Virus record (IMG/VR): IMGVR_UViG_3300037484_000138
Location: 1-39,875 of that record
Direction: 5' to 3' (one strand)
DNA length: 39,875 nt
Source: a virus
Lineage: Duplodnaviria > Caudoviricetes
Both the position numbers and the translations under genes were made by a program. A model generated the notes under the pieces. The model did not search any database. It was given only the letters and a program-made list of their open reading frames with translations, and was not told where the DNA came from. This document shows, piece after piece, positions 26,025-35,381 of the stretch; within the stretch, counting starts at the first letter, position 1, and the number at the start of each line of letters is the position of its first letter.

Positions 26025-26492
26025 CTACACATTCAAATTCCGTCTCAAAAAACTTCTCATAATCTCAAGCGTCGGCGTCTCATCCGTGTACCATGCCACC
26101 AACCGCCAGTTCTTTTTGCGTGCCACGCGCTCCATCTGGTAGCGGTCTTCCTTATGTCCTGCGTGCCAATACCTGCCCATCGGGTCGAGCATCGTCCACA
26201 TCCCAGGCGTGTGTATCAGGAAGTCGATCACATTACCGCCTGCCCGTGTCCGCCCGCCATATACGGGCACCTGAAATTCCCAACTCCAGCCTGTCTCTGC
26301 CTCGATCTCTTCAAGCACAATCGAACACCAGTACTCTTCCTTACTGCCCGCCTTGATCCCACGTATGAACCACGGTGGCAGATCCTTCTCATCCTTCAAC
26401 TTCTCCGCGCGTATCGAACGGAACACAGGCTTCGCAACAGTAGCCCTCCGCCCGAACTTGAACAACTTCTTCGGCTTCTTTACATCGAACAT
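26025..26492 (-). CDS. DUF559/Vsr-like nuclease-fold protein
   Basis: SKEE..FQVPV..IDF..DPMGRYWH..D..WRLV pattern. Confidence 0.55.
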   Translation of the reverse strand: MFDVKKPKKLFKFGRRATVAKPVFRSIRAEKLKDEKDLPPWFIRGIKAGSKEEYWCSIVLEEIEAETGWSWEFQVPVYGGRTRAGGNVIDFLIHTPGMWTMLDPMGRYWHAGHKEDRYQMERVARKKNWRLVAWYTDETPTLEIMRSFLRRNLNV

Positions 26493-26505
26493 TTATCTCA
26501 TCTCT

Positions 26506-26570
26506 CCCCTCTCCATCCTGAGCGGAGCGTACTCGCGCAGTCGAAGGATGGGGAGGGGTCGGGGGTGGGG
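26506..26570 (+). repeat. Composite: family A nested in the loop of family B
   Basis: CCCCTCTC-CATCCTGAGC...GAAGGATG-GGGAGGGG-TCGGGGGTGGGG. Confidence 0.85.
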
Positions 26571-29249
26571 TTATGCTTCCTGCATCGTCGCGCTCACCAG
26601 ATACACGTTACCCTTGAACGGACTGCCATCCGTACTCTCGAACCCTATCTGCCTGCGTGTGCCCACGTTCACGAAGATCATCTTCTCGTCACACATCCTC
26701 GAAGCAGAACTCATCTTTATCATCGAGTCGTTTGAGGCGTCCCCCCAATCTTCGAATATCTTCAACTTCTGCTCGGCAGTATAGGCGCTGTCGAGTTCAC
26801 GCAATCCAACCCGCTCATCATCCTTGATCATGAAAGTGAACGGACCGTAGAAGTTTTTCACGTCCACACGTATCACTGCGCTGATGATGATCGCAAGGAA
26901 CACGGGCGTCTTGCTGGCATCTGTTGTGTAGCCGCGTATTCTGAATTGCAGGCGCTTCCCTGCCACGCCGTATTGTTTCGTAAAGTCAACTTCCTGCGTC
27001 GGGCTTTCAGTGAAAATGTCAGGGACCGTTGTCCACTCTGTATCCTGGTTCAAACGGTAGTCCAACTCGAACCAGCAGATCGGCTCCCCATTTTCATCAT
27101 TCACTTCCAGCGCCTCTGTCTGTAGCTTGATCTTCTTCACCAGCTTTTGCACGTCGAACATCCCCGCATGCATCCGCGAGAGTGTCACCGCAAACTCTGG
27201 TGCATAGGGATAGTTCGTATCTTCCAGTTCATTTGTGCTATTCGATGGGAACGGCAACCACACCAGATCATTCCCCTGCCATAACCACAGACGATCAAGG
27301 TTTGTGCCTGGCGTCACCTGAAAAGCCATCGCCGTGATCCGTTGACCCTTCGGTGCGCGGTATCGTTCATGCCATCCGCCCGAGTCAAGCACAGATGAAT
27401 ACTTTGAACTGCCTGCATCCACTGCGGTAAAGAACTTGCCAGGGTATCCCACCATTGCAACAACATTGCCGCGCCTGTTGGCTGGTAATCCCTCCCCCAG
27501 GTTGGGACCAATGTCATCGAACTGTCCGCCATAGTAGCGTTCCAATCCCTGCAACATCGGGAAGTACAAATAGACTCCGTGCCGCATCGGGTTCAAACCG
27601 TTCACGTCGCTCCGCACCGTGCGCATCTCATCTATACTCACAGGCGATGGGTCGCCCGTGCCTGGCACAATAAAGGGCACATCCGTCTTGAACACCCACA
27701 CCGCCTCAGTCCCGCTTCCGTCAGGGTGTACGATCATGCCGTTGATCTTGCGATACTTGCTGTCCACTGGCACAGGCGTAGCCCATGTCAGGGCGGTTCC
27801 CCAATCGGGGATGATCGCATCCGATCCTGATACGTTACTCGAATGGGATACCGACACATTCCCGTTCACGTCGCTATTGTTCGAGATCACGATCTTCCTG
27901 GCCCCGGGCTTGTATACCATCAAAACGGCCTTGGTCGTCGCTGTCTCATCTGCATACTCCCGCGTCCAATCCCCCGCGTTCGTATACTCCCGCATCCCCC
28001 GCACGGTTACGCTGTCGCCCATCGCAAAATAGATCACGCCTTTGGTCGAGACCAGTACCGATGTCACAGGTGCCGTCAGTCCATGGCCGGTGATCTCCTT
28101 CAGCTTCGTTCCCAAGATCACGTACTCCGTGGTCGTGTCGTGTGTGATCGTCCATCCTTCACTCAACACCAGTTCGTTTGCCGTGTTCGATACCACTGTC
28201 CGCCATGTCTGCGCTTCAAGTTTTCCAAGTCCGTCTGTGATCTGCACCGCAAAGCCCGCCCATTCATTCACTGTCCAGGTCTTCGTCGCATCGATCAGCT
28301 TGGTCAATTGTCCCGTGTTCGCGTCGGCTGTGCCGCGATCCCCAGCCATATAGATCTTCGGTGCTCCACTTGCTCCAGAGATCACGAAGTACTGCTGTTC
28401 CTTATACTCGAACATCTTGCAGGTCTTTTCAGTGTTCGCATCCGTCAGGCGGAAGTACAGGTCATACCCTTGCGCCGTTGGCGTGCTGTCGAAAGCCTCT
28501 GAGGCATAGGTCGTTCCGCTCGAATTATTGCAGGCCACCTTCCAATGCTTCAAGGCGCTGTCGCCTGTCCCGCCATACACCACCAGCCAGTAATACACAC
28601 CGCTTGTCAATGCCTGCGAGATCGTTTCATCCAGCCACTCGCTCAATAAGTCGTCCATGCGCGTGCTTGCCACTGTGATGCTGGTCGCAAGGCTTCCCAC
28701 ATTGCCCGCGCTGTCCGCATAAATTGCAACTGTCAAGTCCGCAGGTGTGCCAATGCAACGTGTCAACAACCACGCCAGTCCTGCGGTATAGTTCGCGCTG
28801 GCCTGAAAGCGTTTGTATATATATCTCTGTGTTCCGAACAGGTTCACCCATCGTACACTGTGAGGGAGTGTCTGATCCTGGTTCCGTATCCCCGTCGCAT
28901 ATTGTTCAAGCGGACCCGCGTAGGCTTTGTTCGCCCTGCTACTCCTGCACCGATATGAATCAAAGAACTTCGTACTGTCACGCTCGAAGTCACTGCCTCC
29001 CCGCCCGCCTGAGATGTCGTCCTGTACGATGGGCGAATAGGGGTAGTCGTAATCGGCGTATGAACTCGAACCGCTCGTCTGCTTCTGCGCTGTCGTCTCT
29101 ACGGGGTTCTTGATGTAGACCCGCTCATCGTGGAATGGACGCGCTTCACCGCTCTCATTGCAGATCGTCAAGCCTAACTCTCTGCCTTTACGATCCTTCA
29201 ATAGGAAGTGGTTGGTCGGGTTGGGTTCGCTCGGTGAAACTCTCATCAT
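26571..29249 (-). CDS. Probable tail nozzle/tubular protein B-like (beta-propeller)
   Basis: 892 aa, beta-rich, follows adaptor gene. Confidence 0.6.
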   Translation of the reverse strand: MMRVSPSEPNPTNHFLLKDRKGRELGLTICNESGEARPFHDERVYIKNPVETTAQKQTSGSSSYADYDYPYSPIVQDDISGGRGGSDFERDSTKFFDSYRCRSSRANKAYAGPLEQYATGIRNQDQTLPHSVRWVNLFGTQRYIYKRFQASANYTAGLAWLLTRCIGTPADLTVAIYADSAGNVGSLATSITVASTRMDDLLSEWLDETISQALTSGVYYWLVVYGGTGDSALKHWKVACNNSSGTTYASEAFDSTPTAQGYDLYFRLTDANTEKTCKMFEYKEQQYFVISGASGAPKIYMAGDRGTADANTGQLTKLIDATKTWTVNEWAGFAVQITDGLGKLEAQTWRTVVSNTANELVLSEGWTITHDTTTEYVILGTKLKEITGHGLTAPVTSVLVSTKGVIYFAMGDSVTVRGMREYTNAGDWTREYADETATTKAVLMVYKPGARKIVISNNSDVNGNVSVSHSSNVSGSDAIIPDWGTALTWATPVPVDSKYRKINGMIVHPDGSGTEAVWVFKTDVPFIVPGTGDPSPVSIDEMRTVRSDVNGLNPMRHGVYLYFPMLQGLERYYGGQFDDIGPNLGEGLPANRRGNVVAMVGYPGKFFTAVDAGSSKYSSVLDSGGWHERYRAPKGQRITAMAFQVTPGTNLDRLWLWQGNDLVWLPFPSNSTNELEDTNYPYAPEFAVTLSRMHAGMFDVQKLVKKIKLQTEALEVNDENGEPICWFELDYRLNQDTEWTTVPDIFTESPTQEVDFTKQYGVAGKRLQFRIRGYTTDASKTPVFLAIIISAVIRVDVKNFYGPFTFMIKDDERVGLRELDSAYTAEQKLKIFEDWGDASNDSMIKMSSASRMCDEKMIFVNVGTRRQIGFESTDGSPFKGNVYLVSATMQEA

Positions 29250-30361
29250 CCACCTGTATTCACTTTCATATCAGGTCCGTCCCGCCTTGCCATCTTTCCC
29301 CTCAACGCGGTCAATACAATGTTCATTCTTTCTTCGATCATGTATTCAGGGTTCTTCCCATACTGCCCCGCTCCCCACATCAGCAGGTTTGCCGCCGCCT
29401 TATAGGTCAACCATTCCACATTGATCTCATCGCTAATCACTGTTGAGTAGGATGTCAGTGCCGCGTGCTGGTCTCGGTAAAAGACATGGATCACTTCATC
29501 GTCGAACGGTGCGTATCCATAATCGAACCGCAAGGTCCCGTTCGCTTCATGCCAATGGTTCGATACTGGCTGATACCCTATAAACCCAGGGCGCTCCAGT
29601 TCCACGCGCTTGATCTCATACACGCCCGCTGGCAGGGTGAACGTCAGGCTCTCCCCGTCCCCGATCAATGACTCATCCTCGCCTGTCACATGCGTACTCT
29701 CCAATGCCTGCGTGATCGCATTCACGATCTGCATCCACGGGTAGGCTCCTCTGATCACAGAGTACTCGGGTCCCGCCACGCCTGCGGTTGTGTTCGCGCT
29801 CGTAGGTGCCGCCGTCAGTCCTGTGCAGGTCCCGTTGTCAATCGCTATATTCATCGTCGCGTCGTTGGCTATCGCAACACGGCTGGTCAATGACACATTC
29901 GCGCCACTGCCTCCCACCGTGAAGAAGTTGTTCACATCAGTATCAGCCGCAAGCGCAGTTCGTATCTTCCCGCCCACGTCGCTGGCGGAATCCAGGTTCA
30001 ACACTGCCACGCTGATCGTCTTCGGGGAATTGTTCATGCCTGCCGCTGTCACGATCACGCTGGCATTCCCGCTTCCCGTCACGCTTCCCAATGCCGTCGC
30101 CGTCTCCACCTGTAACACGCACAACACAGATCCCAATGTGGCGAAGTTCACCTTGTTGCCCAGCGATCCCGTGATGTTCTTCACCTTGCCGCTGTGTGTC
30201 CCGCCCCTGATCCACAACGTACCTTTGTCCCAATACTGATTGTTCTGCACCAGGTTCATGGTATCGGTCAGGCTGGTCGCCGCCCCCGCCGTCGCCAGTC
30301 CGTGCAATACATCAGTCACCTGCCCTGCCACTCGTAAAGAAATGTCGAATACTGTTGTCAT
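29246..30361 (-). CDS. Probable head-tail adaptor/tubular protein A-like with inserted domain
   Basis: INAI..A...FTLPAG...WLTYKAA pattern; position. Confidence 0.55.
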   Translation of the reverse strand: MTTVFDISLRVAGQVTDVLHGLATAGAATSLTDTMNLVQNNQYWDKGTLWIRGGTHSGKVKNITGSLGNKVNFATLGSVLCVLQVETATALGSVTGSGNASVIVTAAGMNNSPKTISVAVLNLDSASDVGGKIRTALAADTDVNNFFTVGGSGANVSLTSRVAIANDATMNIAIDNGTCTGLTAAPTSANTTAGVAGPEYSVIRGAYPWMQIVNAITQALESTHVTGEDESLIGDGESLTFTLPAGVYEIKRVELERPGFIGYQPVSNHWHEANGTLRFDYGYAPFDDEVIHVFYRDQHAALTSYSTVISDEINVEWLTYKAAANLLMWGAGQYGKNPEYMIEERMNIVLTALRGKMARRDGPDMKVNTGG

Positions 30362-30362
30362 C

Positions 30363-32072
30363 TTATATTCCTAGTACCGCTATTACGGCGTCTCCATACT
30401 TAACTTGTCCTGCCGTTGGCAGATGTATCCCATCGGGTGCTAAATCAACAACCTGCGGAAACGATGCGCCCGTACCGTCCACTAATGTACAAAACGCAGA
30501 GCGGCTTGACTGTGCGTTTCCAATTGCAGTGCGTATATCAGGCATGCCCGTGTCAGTCGCTTTATAGATCGGTGTCTGCGCGTAGATTACAGCACTTGGC
30601 AATGCCGCATGAAGTTTGTCAAGCATGTCTGCGTATGCCGCCTCGAACAATCCACCTACATAGGACGCCCACGCTCCACTATCATTTGTTCCAATCGCAA
30701 GCCAGATGGTTGTAGGCGATACAGTTGCAACGTGCGCGGCAAATGCTGTCCGTTGTTCTTCTGTCTCACAATCGTCCTTTAGTTTTCTATACCCCCACGC
30801 ATCGGACAGAACGCTTCCTATCGCGGCGTAGGCGTTGCGAACCAGTTGTGCCCATCCCTGCAAACTCGGATTTCCCGCCGCCTGTCCGCCACCGATGGAA
30901 TCACTGTAGATATAAATTCTGGGCGAGGTTGGTTCGGCGTTACTGACAATCTCTGCTGTTCCGTTAAAGAACGCGCCTGTCACCCATTCGCCCAACCGAG
31001 AAGCGGAAGGCTTGGACTGTATCCCATTTATAAATTCAACTGTGCGCGTTGTACCTGCCGCGCCAAGATAAAAGCTGTAAAGGTTCTTTGCGGATACAGT
31101 TGACTCAAGCGCAACGAAGTCCGCCCCGTCAACTCTCATTCCACAATCTCCAAGACCATTAGACACTCCAAGATCGTTATAGGTTTCAACCATGCCGTAA
31201 TCCGCGTCTGTCTCTATCACTACTCTGGCGGCTGGAGATGTTTGCACAAATGTTCCGCCATCTGACCGACTGCCAATCACCGAGTAGGCATTGTCGGCAA
31301 AGTCGCCTACTCCGAAGCTAAAACCCGCTGGGAAATATTTATCTTGAAAATACTGTATTACTCTTGCGTGAGCAGTCAGGTCATGTCGTACGTTGAAACC
31401 TAACACCTCAAACAAATATCCGTTCAACGCCTGATCGTATGCCGAACGGTTTCCAATTTGCAAAACAAATCCAGAACCAAAATTCGCCGTGCCAGTCGCG
31501 CCTGTTTGGGGACTGCCTGTCGCGCTACCATTCAGATATATAATCGCGTCTTGAGCAGAGTCCAAATCAATGCGGCCACTCAGTATTTTCGGCGCGGTTG
31601 TGATTGGATTCGCCGCTCCTGTCAGGTCATACGAAAACGCACCGTTGTTGGAACAGAACACCGAACCCTCATTGTTTGCATTTTGACGATAAAGGAACAG
31701 ACGCCCATCTCCACTTGCCCCGCCAAATGCAATCACATAATTATCCGTCCCTGATGCGCTTGTGAACAAAGCGTAGAACGTCGCTTCGTTGCTTCCCCAG
31801 TCAAAGGCTGTAGTATATCCGCCGTCATTGGTTGCATCGAATAATGCCGCGCCTTTGCCGTTCAGAATGTTGGTCTTGTTCGTCGGTTGTTTTGTGGCGT
31901 CAAATGTCAACGTCCTGCCGTTGCCGCTCAAATCCGCAAGTGTTGTTATCGGCGCATCTGCCGCAAGTGCCAATGCAGAGAAGTCGTACCAGAACATCGC
32001 GCCAAGTTCCTGCAATGGGGAATATGCCTGCTCACCTCCAGACAACAACCACGCAACCTTCTTGATCTTCAT
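30363..32072 (-). CDS. LamG/ConA-like + SGNH hydrolase virion protein (esterase spike)
   Basis: SDSI, IGTND, DGIHL blocks; N-terminal WYD...LADLSGNG. Confidence 0.75.
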   Translation of the reverse strand: MKIKKVAWLLSGGEQAYSPLQELGAMFWYDFSALALAADAPITTLADLSGNGRTLTFDATKQPTNKTNILNGKGAALFDATNDGGYTTAFDWGSNEATFYALFTSASGTDNYVIAFGGASGDGRLFLYRQNANNEGSVFCSNNGAFSYDLTGAANPITTAPKILSGRIDLDSAQDAIIYLNGSATGSPQTGATGTANFGSGFVLQIGNRSAYDQALNGYLFEVLGFNVRHDLTAHARVIQYFQDKYFPAGFSFGVGDFADNAYSVIGSRSDGGTFVQTSPAARVVIETDADYGMVETYNDLGVSNGLGDCGMRVDGADFVALESTVSAKNLYSFYLGAAGTTRTVEFINGIQSKPSASRLGEWVTGAFFNGTAEIVSNAEPTSPRIYIYSDSIGGGQAAGNPSLQGWAQLVRNAYAAIGSVLSDAWGYRKLKDDCETEEQRTAFAAHVATVSPTTIWLAIGTNDSGAWASYVGGLFEAAYADMLDKLHAALPSAVIYAQTPIYKATDTGMPDIRTAIGNAQSSRSAFCTLVDGTGASFPQVVDLAPDGIHLPTAGQVKYGDAVIAVLGI

Positions 32073-32417
32073 CTATCCCTCGCTTGCGAGTATAGCCACA
32101 ATGCTCCGCGCCGCCGCCTGCGCCACAGGTGTCCCGCTGGTGCCACTGCGTATCTTCAACTTCTTTATCCCTGCAAACTTGGCGGGTTCAAGGATAACGT
32201 ATCGGCTGGCCGCCGCTGTGATCGTCACCTCGGTTCCCGCCTGGTCGTATACATTCTGGAACGTCGACTCATCGTTCTCGCCTGCGGCCTGTAGGGTCAG
32301 GTTGGCAGTCGTCCAGGTTGCGGGCAGGATCAATCCAACCAGAAACCCTTCATCCAATATGATCGCATCCGAAAGGCTCTCTCCGTTGGCGATGGTTGCT
32401 GTTCTATGAACTATCAT
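32073..32417 (-). CDS. Small structural/decoration protein
   Basis: ATIANGESLS...LKIRSGT, beta-rich. Confidence 0.65.
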   Translation of the reverse strand: MIVHRTATIANGESLSDAIILDEGFLVGLILPATWTTANLTLQAAGENDESTFQNVYDQAGTEVTITAAASRYVILEPAKFAGIKKLKIRSGTSGTPVAQAAARSIVAILASEG

Positions 32418-32428
32418 GGCTTCTCCTT

Positions 32429-32980
32429 CTAATAGAACGGGTACAAGTGTGGTCGTATTAGCTCAGACTTCTCAGGCAGGCTGATGGTGATCCCCAATTG
32501 CGAAGCGATCCCCAGCCAGAAGAAGAAGTTCTCCCTGTGCTGGGTGTACTCCGTGCCCTTGTCAAGGTCCACACCGAACAACTCAATGCGCGGGTAACCT
32601 TTATATATACCGAGTGCCATGGCATACGGGAACGACGAACTGAAATGCTCGTCAACTTCCACCCCGCCCCAAAAGATATTCCTGCCGAACGCCCGCTTGA
32701 TCTGCTCGAGCGGGTAGGGCGTGGACGTGGGCACATCTGCCATCAGTCCGTGTGTGTAAATGGGGAAGGGTTGGGGTGATCTCAGCCATTGTCTGTAGTC
32801 GTCACGGTAGCGGGGATTGTCTGGTTGCAATGCGTCGGGATGCATCTCGAACATGGCAGTCGGCGTCTTCTCCGCATAGACTGCGTGGTTGTTGAACATC
32901 CACACATCCCGCGTCCTGTCATCATATGGTGCGGTCGTGCGCGTTCTGCCGTTGCCTACGATCACAAGTATCTGATTCAT
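32429..32980 (-). CDS. Glycosyltransferase-like protein (GT29/GT42/DUF115-type fold)
   Basis: IVGNG, FNN, SSS..YAMALGIYKGY.RIELFGVD. Confidence 0.55.
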   Translation of the reverse strand: MNQILVIVGNGRTRTTAPYDDRTRDVWMFNNHAVYAEKTPTAMFEMHPDALQPDNPRYRDDYRQWLRSPQPFPIYTHGLMADVPTSTPYPLEQIKRAFGRNIFWGGVEVDEHFSSSFPYAMALGIYKGYPRIELFGVDLDKGTEYTQHRENFFFWLGIASQLGITISLPEKSELIRPHLYPFY

Positions 32981-32986
32981 GTAAGT

Positions 32987-33012
32987 ATCCCCGCCCTGTC
33001 ATGGGCGGGGAT
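32987..33012. terminator. GC-rich hairpin downstream of capsid and decoration genes
   Basis: ATCCCCGCCC/GGGCGGGGAT stem; weak T-tract. Confidence 0.5.
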
Positions 33013-33027
33013 CATATGGGTTTTGCG

Positions 33028-33390
33028 TTACGATTTGCGGCTGGTGCTGATCCACACATCCACGGCTCCGAAGTTCATGGCGGCTGTGCCAGTGGCGGTC
33101 ACGTTCAAGATCACAGAAAGATCGGTGAGGTCGGGATGATCGCAGAACAACGGGATCACATACTTGCCTGCCGCCGTGATCTGCGGGATGGTTGTCTGTT
33201 GCAGGGTGGTGTTGCTCACGTTCTCGAAGTCCGCCGTGATGTCCATCACGTCATCCGTTGAAACTGCGGGGATGTCGATGTGGAGATATAACGGTTTATT
33301 CATCGGGGTGAGTTCCATATCGGTGAGTGTTTCATCACCGGTCAGGTTCCCAGCCGTCGAGCCAACACGTAAATGAAGATTGGTATCCAT
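33028..33390 (-). CDS. Probable capsid decoration protein
   Basis: 120 aa beta-rich, directly after capsid. Confidence 0.6.
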   Translation of the reverse strand: MDTNLHLRVGSTAGNLTGDETLTDMELTPMNKPLYLHIDIPAVSTDDVMDITADFENVSNTTLQQTTIPQITAAGKYVIPLFCDHPDLTDLSVILNVTATGTAAMNFGAVDVWISTSRKS

Positions 33391-33412
33391 GTTTTTATTT
33401 CCTTATTTCCTT

Positions 33413-33468
33413 CCCCTCTCCATGTGTACTCACATGGGGAGGGGCTAGGGGTGGGGTTGGGGGTGGGG
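33413..33468 (+). repeat. REP-like family B copy after capsid stop
   Basis: CCCCTCTCCATGTG-TACT-CACATGGGGAGGGG plus G-runs. Confidence 0.8.
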
Positions 33469-33473
33469 TCTGG

Positions 33474-34439
33474 CTATGCGGCTGTCCAACCATAGGCGCG
33501 TGCAATGGCACGCGGGCTGGCAATGTACAGGCCGGGCGAGAAGCGCACGATGGTGCGGACGCTTACGCCGTCTTCCAGTTCGCCTTTGTCCTCGGCGTTG
33601 GGCATCTCTTGCGCCCAACCTGCAAGGTAGGGTTCACCGAAACGGACACAGTACATGGAGCTCAATGCGCCGCCTGTCAAGGCAGTGTAGGAGGTTTCCA
33701 CGTCGCCAAGGATCTGCGTGCTCTGGTCAACCTTGTATCCAGCCTGCACGATCTTGGCTCCGCCTTCACCGATGGTCATGAACTGGCGGCCAATCTGATC
33801 CTTGGTGGTCGCCAAAAGACTCGAACTCCGCAGGGCAGATTGGGTTCGGAAGTACAGCGTGCGTCCCATGAACAGGACCTTCTCGCTGGGCATACCGTCA
33901 ACACGGTCAAGCAGTTCCTCAACCTTGTCCAGCAACTTGTGTTGCCAGCTTGTCACTGCGGTATCGGGTGAAACGTCCAGCCCCGCATCCATAAGTTGGT
34001 TGGCTCCCATATCGTTGCCGATACGATGGAACAAACCAATGATCGCGTCTTCGTCGGTGCTGGGGGTGTTGTTGAAGAACGCATCGTTGAACCCAAAGGC
34101 AATCGCCTTTAGCACGGCTTCGGTCTGCGCGGCGCGGTTGTCCACGATGGACGCGGCCTTGACGTACTCACGGGCAATGTCGATCTTGCCGCCCATGAAA
34201 TGCACGCGCTCTTTCCACGGATCGGGGATGGTCTTCAACTGTGTGAAGGCTTCACCGATCTTGCGCCATACCGCTGTCGGCAGGTTGTTGAAACGGATGC
34301 CTTCCTCGGTCAGGTTGTTGGTCGTCTTGAACTTGAGCATATCCAGAATGGCCGATGCCTCGCGCCAGGTGCGGACAACTGCTCGGGTAAGTGGGGTTGC
34401 GGTAAGTTCATAATCCGCAAGGGTATATTCGTTAGCCAT
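33474..34439 (-). CDS. Major capsid protein
   Basis: 321 aa; YTLAD..ILDMLKF..WRKIGE..GGKIDI..SMYCVRFG..AIARAYG pattern of HK97-fold MCPs; follows scaffold. Confidence 0.8.
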   Translation of the reverse strand: MANEYTLADYELTATPLTRAVVRTWREASAILDMLKFKTTNNLTEEGIRFNNLPTAVWRKIGEAFTQLKTIPDPWKERVHFMGGKIDIAREYVKAASIVDNRAAQTEAVLKAIAFGFNDAFFNNTPSTDEDAIIGLFHRIGNDMGANQLMDAGLDVSPDTAVTSWQHKLLDKVEELLDRVDGMPSEKVLFMGRTLYFRTQSALRSSSLLATTKDQIGRQFMTIGEGGAKIVQAGYKVDQSTQILGDVETSYTALTGGALSSMYCVRFGEPYLAGWAQEMPNAEDKGELEDGVSVRTIVRFSPGLYIASPRAIARAYGWTAA

Positions 34440-34479
34440 GTCAGGCTCCTTTTTTTATGATAGTGACCTGGCTCCTCTG

Positions 34480-35178
34480 CTATTCGCTTCGGTATGCCTT
34501 CTCCAAAAGAGAAAGCCCCGAACCGTTTTCAGGGATGTTGCCAGATGAATGTACCCCTGTTCCACCTACCAGGCGGGCAGAGGCGTTTTCAGTCTGTGCT
34601 TTGAGGCGGGTTGCTTTTGCGCTTGCCACTCGGTTTGCGGCAAGCAGGATTTCTACATCTCCATTCGGGTCGTTCCATGCGTTTCTTATGGCCTCTTGTA
34701 AATCCTTGAACTCAGGGTCGGCGCTTGTCACGCTGGTTCCAACCTTTGCAAAAACATTATCGATCTTCGCATTCATATATTGGATCGCTCGGTCAACATC
34801 GGCGGCAGGTTGTGGAACGCTGGTCGGCGTCTCCGCTTGTGACTCTGGCGCGGTATACGCCTCGGTCACGATCTTCTGCTGTGCGTGTTGTACCTGTTCG
34901 TCCGTCAGTCCAAGTACATCCTTGCTCGTATTCAACGCCGCAAGTTTTTCCTGAATGACCTTCTGAATACGGTTCTCACCTTTTGCCACCTGACTCTGTG
35001 CGATACGGGTTGCTTCACTGCGGATCAACTCCTGCACTTCGTCACGGGTTAGCGGTTTGTTTTCCGTCTGCGGTTCAGCCTGGGGGCTTACCTGTTCGGT
35101 AGCCTGCCCTTGAACCTGTTCACCTGTCGGGATGACCTGTCCCGTTGGTGATGCTTGGGAAATAAGTTCGTCCGGCAT
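34480..35178 (-). CDS. Probable scaffolding protein
   Basis: 232 aa from ATG 35178, AGGAGG RBS; Q/E/P-rich N-terminus, helical. Confidence 0.7.
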   Translation of the reverse strand: MPDELISQASPTGQVIPTGEQVQGQATEQVSPQAEPQTENKPLTRDEVQELIRSEATRIAQSQVAKGENRIQKVIQEKLAALNTSKDVLGLTDEQVQHAQQKIVTEAYTAPESQAETPTSVPQPAADVDRAIQYMNAKIDNVFAKVGTSVTSADPEFKDLQEAIRNAWNDPNGDVEILLAANRVASAKATRLKAQTENASARLVGGTGVHSSGNIPENGSGLSLLEKAYRSE

Positions 35179-35210
35179 TTGGTTTGTGCCTCCTAGCACT
35201 TTGACAAAAC

Positions 35211-35256
35211 AAAAACGGGTCACTCGAATGAGTGACCCGTTCAATGCTGTCGGTCT
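35211..35256 (-). terminator. Conserved late leader/terminator, copy 2
   Basis: Identical to 11749-11794. Confidence 0.8.
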
Positions 35257-35266
35257 AATTGTCTTT

Positions 35267-35381
35267 CCCCTCTCCCTGAGGGAGAGGGGTCGGGGGTGAG
35301 GGTTATCCCCTCCACAAAAATTCTACCACAATCTTCTCCCCTCTCCAAATGTATTCATTTGGGGAGGGGTCGGGGGTGGGG
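35267..35381 (+). repeat. Two tandem REP-like family B copies (35267-35302, 35338-35381)
   Basis: Hairpin plus GGGGTCGGGGGTG tail in both. Confidence 0.8.
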
